Positions 7,048-9,938 of a DNA stretch of 9,938 bases are shown here, one piece after another (the stretch's first letter is position 1; each line of letters opens with the position of its first letter). Made by a program: the position numbers and the translations under genes. The DNA is from Candidatus Thorarchaeota archaeon (lineage in GTDB: Archaea; Asgardarchaeota; Thorarchaeia; Thorarchaeales; Thorarchaeaceae), in assembly GCA_008080745.1 (NCBI GenBank), contig SHMX01000016.1, positions 1 to 9,938 on the forward strand, written 5' to 3'. Under the pieces are notes generated by a model. That model had not been told where the DNA came from. It saw nothing but the letters and a program-made list of their open reading frames with translations, and searched no databases.

Positions 7048-7818
7048 ATGACAAAGAATGGTATATGCATTCGTACTCGTGGCTTGAACAAAAGCTTCGG
7101 CTCTGTTCATGCCGTTCGAGATTTAGATTTAGAGATGAAAACTAGCAGCAGATTTGGATTCCTGGGACCAAATGGAGCTGGGAAGACTACAACTGTTCGA
7201 ATTCTATCTGGTCTGCTAAAACAAACAAGTGGTTCTGCAGAAGTCTGTGGATTTGATGTGTCTACTGATAGAGATCAGGTGAAAACAGTAACAGGATTAC
7301 TTCCGGAATCACCTGGGCTTTATTCAAAGCTCTCTGCAAGAGAGTTTCTGGAATTGATTGGTGCTCTCAATCGAAGAAGTGGGGATTCACTTAGTTGGCG
7401 TATTGATAGTCTTCTTTCGATTCTCGGTCTCGAAGGGCGTCAAGATGACCTGCTTGAGTCATACTCTTCAGGGATGAAACAGAAAGTATTGGTTGCATCG
7501 ACTTTGCTACACGAGCCAAAGTTGGTATTTCTAGACGAACCTACTGCTCGACTTGACCCTTCTGCAAGTGCATTAGTAAAAGACCTCATTTTGGCTCTCG
7601 CTGAGGAAACTGAAACTGGTTTCTTCATTTGTACACATATGACTGATTTTGCTGAGGATGTTTGTGATATTATTGGTATCTTAAACCAAGGTCGATTAGT
7701 TACATTGGGAGCCCCTCAGGATATTATCGAGCGTACAAAAACTAGCGATTTGGAAGAAGCATATCTGAAAATAGTTGGCGGAAAAATCGACCGCAAAACT
7801 CTCCTTGCATGGAGGTGA
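7048..7818 (+). CDS. ABC transporter ATP-binding subunit (ABC-2/drug-exporter type)
   Basis: Walker A GPNGAGKTT, signature YSSGMKQK, Walker B/D-loop LVFLDEPTARLDP, H-loop ICTH and C-terminal LEEAYL are all present. Confidence 0.95.
   Translation: MTKNGICIRTRGLNKSFGSVHAVRDLDLEMKTSSRFGFLGPNGAGKTTTVRILSGLLKQTSGSAEVCGFDVSTDRDQVKTVTGLLPESPGLYSKLSAREFLELIGALNRRSGDSLSWRIDSLLSILGLEGRQDDLLESYSSGMKQKVLVASTLLHEPKLVFLDEPTARLDPSASALVKDLILALAEETETGFFICTHMTDFAEDVCDIIGILNQGRLVTLGAPQDIIERTKTSDLEEAYLKIVGGKIDRKTLLAWR
7811..7818 (+). promoter_or_regulatory. Shine-Dalgarno site of the permease gene, overlapping the ATPase stop codon
   Basis: GGAGGTGA is the perfect complement of the 16S rRNA 3' end (TCACCTCC), and its TGA is the ATPase stop. 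An in-frame GTG lies 5 nt downstream (7824), which indicates translational coupling and a start at 7824 rather than ATG 7809. Confidence 0.7.
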
Positions 7819-7823
7819 ATTCT

Positions 7824-9236
7824 GTGGTGGGACAATGGCTCAGTATTGCAAAGGCAGAGTTCTATGTATTGACTTCCAGCTTCAGAAAACATAGATACCT
7901 TATGACGGGCTTTCTCTATTTTTTGGGGATTTTGTGGGCAGCCTATATAGCTCCCCTGTTGATTAATGGTGTACTCAGATCTCTTATACCGTTAGCTGAA
8001 CTTCGAATACTCTTAATGACAATATTTCCAGGCCTGATGCGATCAGTTATCATGTTCCTTTGGGTTGCATTACTACTCTTTCCATTAGCACGTTCATTAG
8101 AAGAGATTAAAATTGGACATTGGGAAATTTTTCTGAGTAATAACACTCGTACAAAGGATATACTACTTGGAATTTTCTTCGGATGGACTCCTCTGTATGG
8201 ATTCGTTGCGATGGTACTCTCTCCACTATTACTCTCGCCATTTCTCATGGCTTTTGAAGTATCTGTTATTGGATCTGTCCTCATATATGGAATCATCATA
8301 GTCAATGTCCTCACAGTACTTTGGCTTGCTAACTATATTACAGCTCTAATCCAATCTAAACTGGGTGATTCCCCTCGTGGTAATGATTTAGCAAAAGCCG
8401 TATCGATGATAATTGCAATAATCGCAATCCTACCAATGTATCTAATAATGTATGCTGCTCCTATTGTATCTGATTTTCTAGGACTGGAGGCATTCCTGTT
8501 TGTTCCTTTTACTTGGAGTGCGGACACAATCAGTTGGATTGCAATCATGTTCAATGGAATTGGTCTAAATCAGACGCAAATCGACTTCTTTGGTGTAGTC
8601 CTCTGCTTTGACTTTGGAGTAAGTATGATACTGATGCTTGGCTTTATAGCACTAATCACAGCGATTGGTATAGTCACTGCAGACCGCATCTTTACTATTA
8701 GTGCTGGTACAAGGACCGAGATTGTTAGTACGGTAGGACGTGAAAATATCATTCTGCGAGGTATCCGTTTGCTCGTTAAGGGTCATTTTGGCACACTTGT
8801 TATAATCAACATGAAGGATTATTTCAGAAAAGCACAGAATCTCTCAAAGCTATTCTATGGTCTTGCACTGACAATAATAATGCCCGTTATGTTAACGCTA
8901 TTTACGGACAACAACATAGCTGAAACTCCCTTAGAGGTCATCGGTGTATTTGGGTTTATGTTCGCTTTAGTAGGTGCATTCCCTCATGCTGGAGTAGGTT
9001 TTCTTGAGAGTAGAGACCAACTTTGGATAATACAGGGGACTCCTTCTGGCCCTTCAGATTTTATCAAAGCAAGAACCTTATCAGCTTTCCTGGCCGATTT
9101 CCTCTTGACTGCCATAGCTGTATTCGCAATAGCGATTATTACTGCGATGGAATTACCTTCAGCTCTAGCTCTATTTGTTATTGGATATCTTATCGCTATT
9201 GGAGCATCAATGGCAGCAATTGGGGTTACGGGCTGA
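7824..9236 (+). pseudogene. ABC exporter permease (two fused ABC-2-like repeats), probably C-terminally truncated by the IS remnant
   Basis: Polytopic membrane protein coupled to the ATPase, with two internally similar halves (e.g. FPLARSLEEIKIGHWEIFLSNNTRTKDIL vs FPHAGVGFLESRDQLWIIQGTPSGPSDFI). The ORF stops directly after a TM helix (IGVTG*) at the point where the first half continues with further TM helices, and the stop coincides with the IS junction. Confidence 0.78.
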
Positions 9237-9694
9237 TGCAATAATTCTGGATAAACTTGGACATTGATTAGGTCGTACCTCAGAACCAAAGTATGTTTTC
9301 AGTATCGATGACCGCAGCTCGACTGGGAGTCTGTACCAAGATCATCAGGAGATGGGACAAGAAGGGTCTGATAGAGTGTTATCGGACTCCTGGCAATCAC
9401 CGCCGTATCCCCGTGCGAGAGATAGCTCGGATACTTCATGGGACCAGTCCCCAGAAGACACCTCCTACCCATCCCGCAGTCTATGCCCGAGTGTCCAGTC
9501 ACAGGCAAAAGGCAGCTGGGGACCTGAAGCGGCAGGTGGAAGAGCTCTGTCAGCACTGTTCCACCCCTCCGAAGGTCTTCAAGGATGTGGGGTCTGGACT
9601 CAACATGCACCGACGAGGACTCTGGCGACTCCTCACTGAGGCCAAGAAAGGGACTATATCCTCGGTCTACATCACCCACCGGGATAGACTGGCT
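9230..9694 (+). mobile_element. Truncated IS607-family insertion sequence remnant (presumed left end plus 5' part of tnpA; no tnpB)
   Basis: Carries an IS607-type tnpA. Hand counts on three 60-nt lines inside tnpA gave 31, 34 and 37 GC, versus 22 in a permease line. The left junction falls at a GG run (ACGGGCTGA), consistent with the known GG insertion core of IS607. Homology ends at ACTGGCT (~9694). Boundaries are approximate. Confidence 0.8.
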
Positions 9695-9724
9695 CATTTT
9701 TATCCAGAAGAAGATTCATTCTAG
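9293..9724 (+). pseudogene. tnpA: IS607-family serine transposase TnpA, C-terminally truncated
   Basis: An N-terminal MerR-like HTH (AARLGVCTKIIRRWDKKGLIECYRTPGNHRRIP) precedes the serine recombinase motifs AVYARVSS (catalytic Ser), DVGSGLN and THRDRL. After RDRLA the sequence becomes unrelated (HFYPEEDSF*), so the C-terminal dimerisation helix is missing (143 aa versus the usual ~200). Confidence 0.88.
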
Positions 9725-9769
9725 GAGAATATATTGAGTAGAACAAAATGATAGAGAGGTGCAAGGTTG

Positions 9770-9938
9770 ATGGTTAACGAACAAGCCCGGTGTCATCTCC
9801 GGGAGCTGACAGAAGACGATTCTTCTGAGAGGCAACAGACAATAGATGACAACTTTATATTGGAGTCATCAACCGCTGCGAGAAAGACGGGACTGACCTA
9901 TCTGGTGTCTGAGTTCCGACTGAATTCTGTAGAACGAG
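9770..9938 (+). CDS. 5' part of a hypothetical protein running off the window (not in the ORF track)
   Basis: SD GAGGTG (9756-9761) precedes in-frame TTG 9767/ATG 9770. The frame is open to the window end: MVNEQARCHLRELTEDDSSERQQTIDDNFILESSTAARKTGLTYLVSEFRLNSVER. Confidence 0.45.
   Translation, partial: MVNEQARCHLRELTEDDSSERQQTIDDNFILESSTAARKTGLTYLVSEFRLNSVER

Noticed and set aside
7440-9697. ORFs 7440..7628, 7943..8314, 8333..8554, 8570..8752, 8984..9289, 9023..9244, 9299..9697 and 9352..9639
   Set aside because: They are shadows of the ABC genes or of the GC-rich tnpA, where stop codons are scarce; no independent evidence supports them.
9695-9938. Possible tnpB or frameshifted continuation of tnpA
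   Set aside because: None of the three plus-strand frames resembles the TnpA C-terminal helix or a TnpB N-terminus, and the base composition falls back toward host level right after the junction.

Overview
This looks like an archaeal chromosomal segment (spot counts suggest under 40% GC). It has archaeal-type ribosome-binding sites (GGAGGTGA/GAGGTG) and TATA-like boxes; an Asgard/Thorarchaeia-like origin is my impression only and is unverified. From left to right it contains: (1) an unknown 249-aa protein (-); (2) a divergent 806-aa type IIG/Eco57I-like N6-adenine DNA methyltransferase with no recognisable nuclease domain; (3) a stand-alone class II (Ntn) glutamine amidotransferase; (4) an unannotated candidate 30-33-aa single-TM protein; (5) a minus-strand operon of a sigma-70-region-4-like HTH protein with a His/Cys motif plus two paralogous membrane-anchored bacterial-PH-domain (YdbS-like) proteins; (6) a palindrome-rich divergent promoter region; (7) an ABC exporter ATPase and permease, the permease cut short at the junction with (8) a GC-rich, truncated IS607-family tnpA remnant lacking tnpB; and (9) the start of another ORF running off the window. 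The best candidate for an undescribed system is the divergent 'HTH-metal regulator + twin bPH membrane proteins / ABC exporter' module, which resembles a one-component archaeal envelope-stress or antimicrobial-resistance unit. No rRNA, tRNA or CRISPR array was seen.
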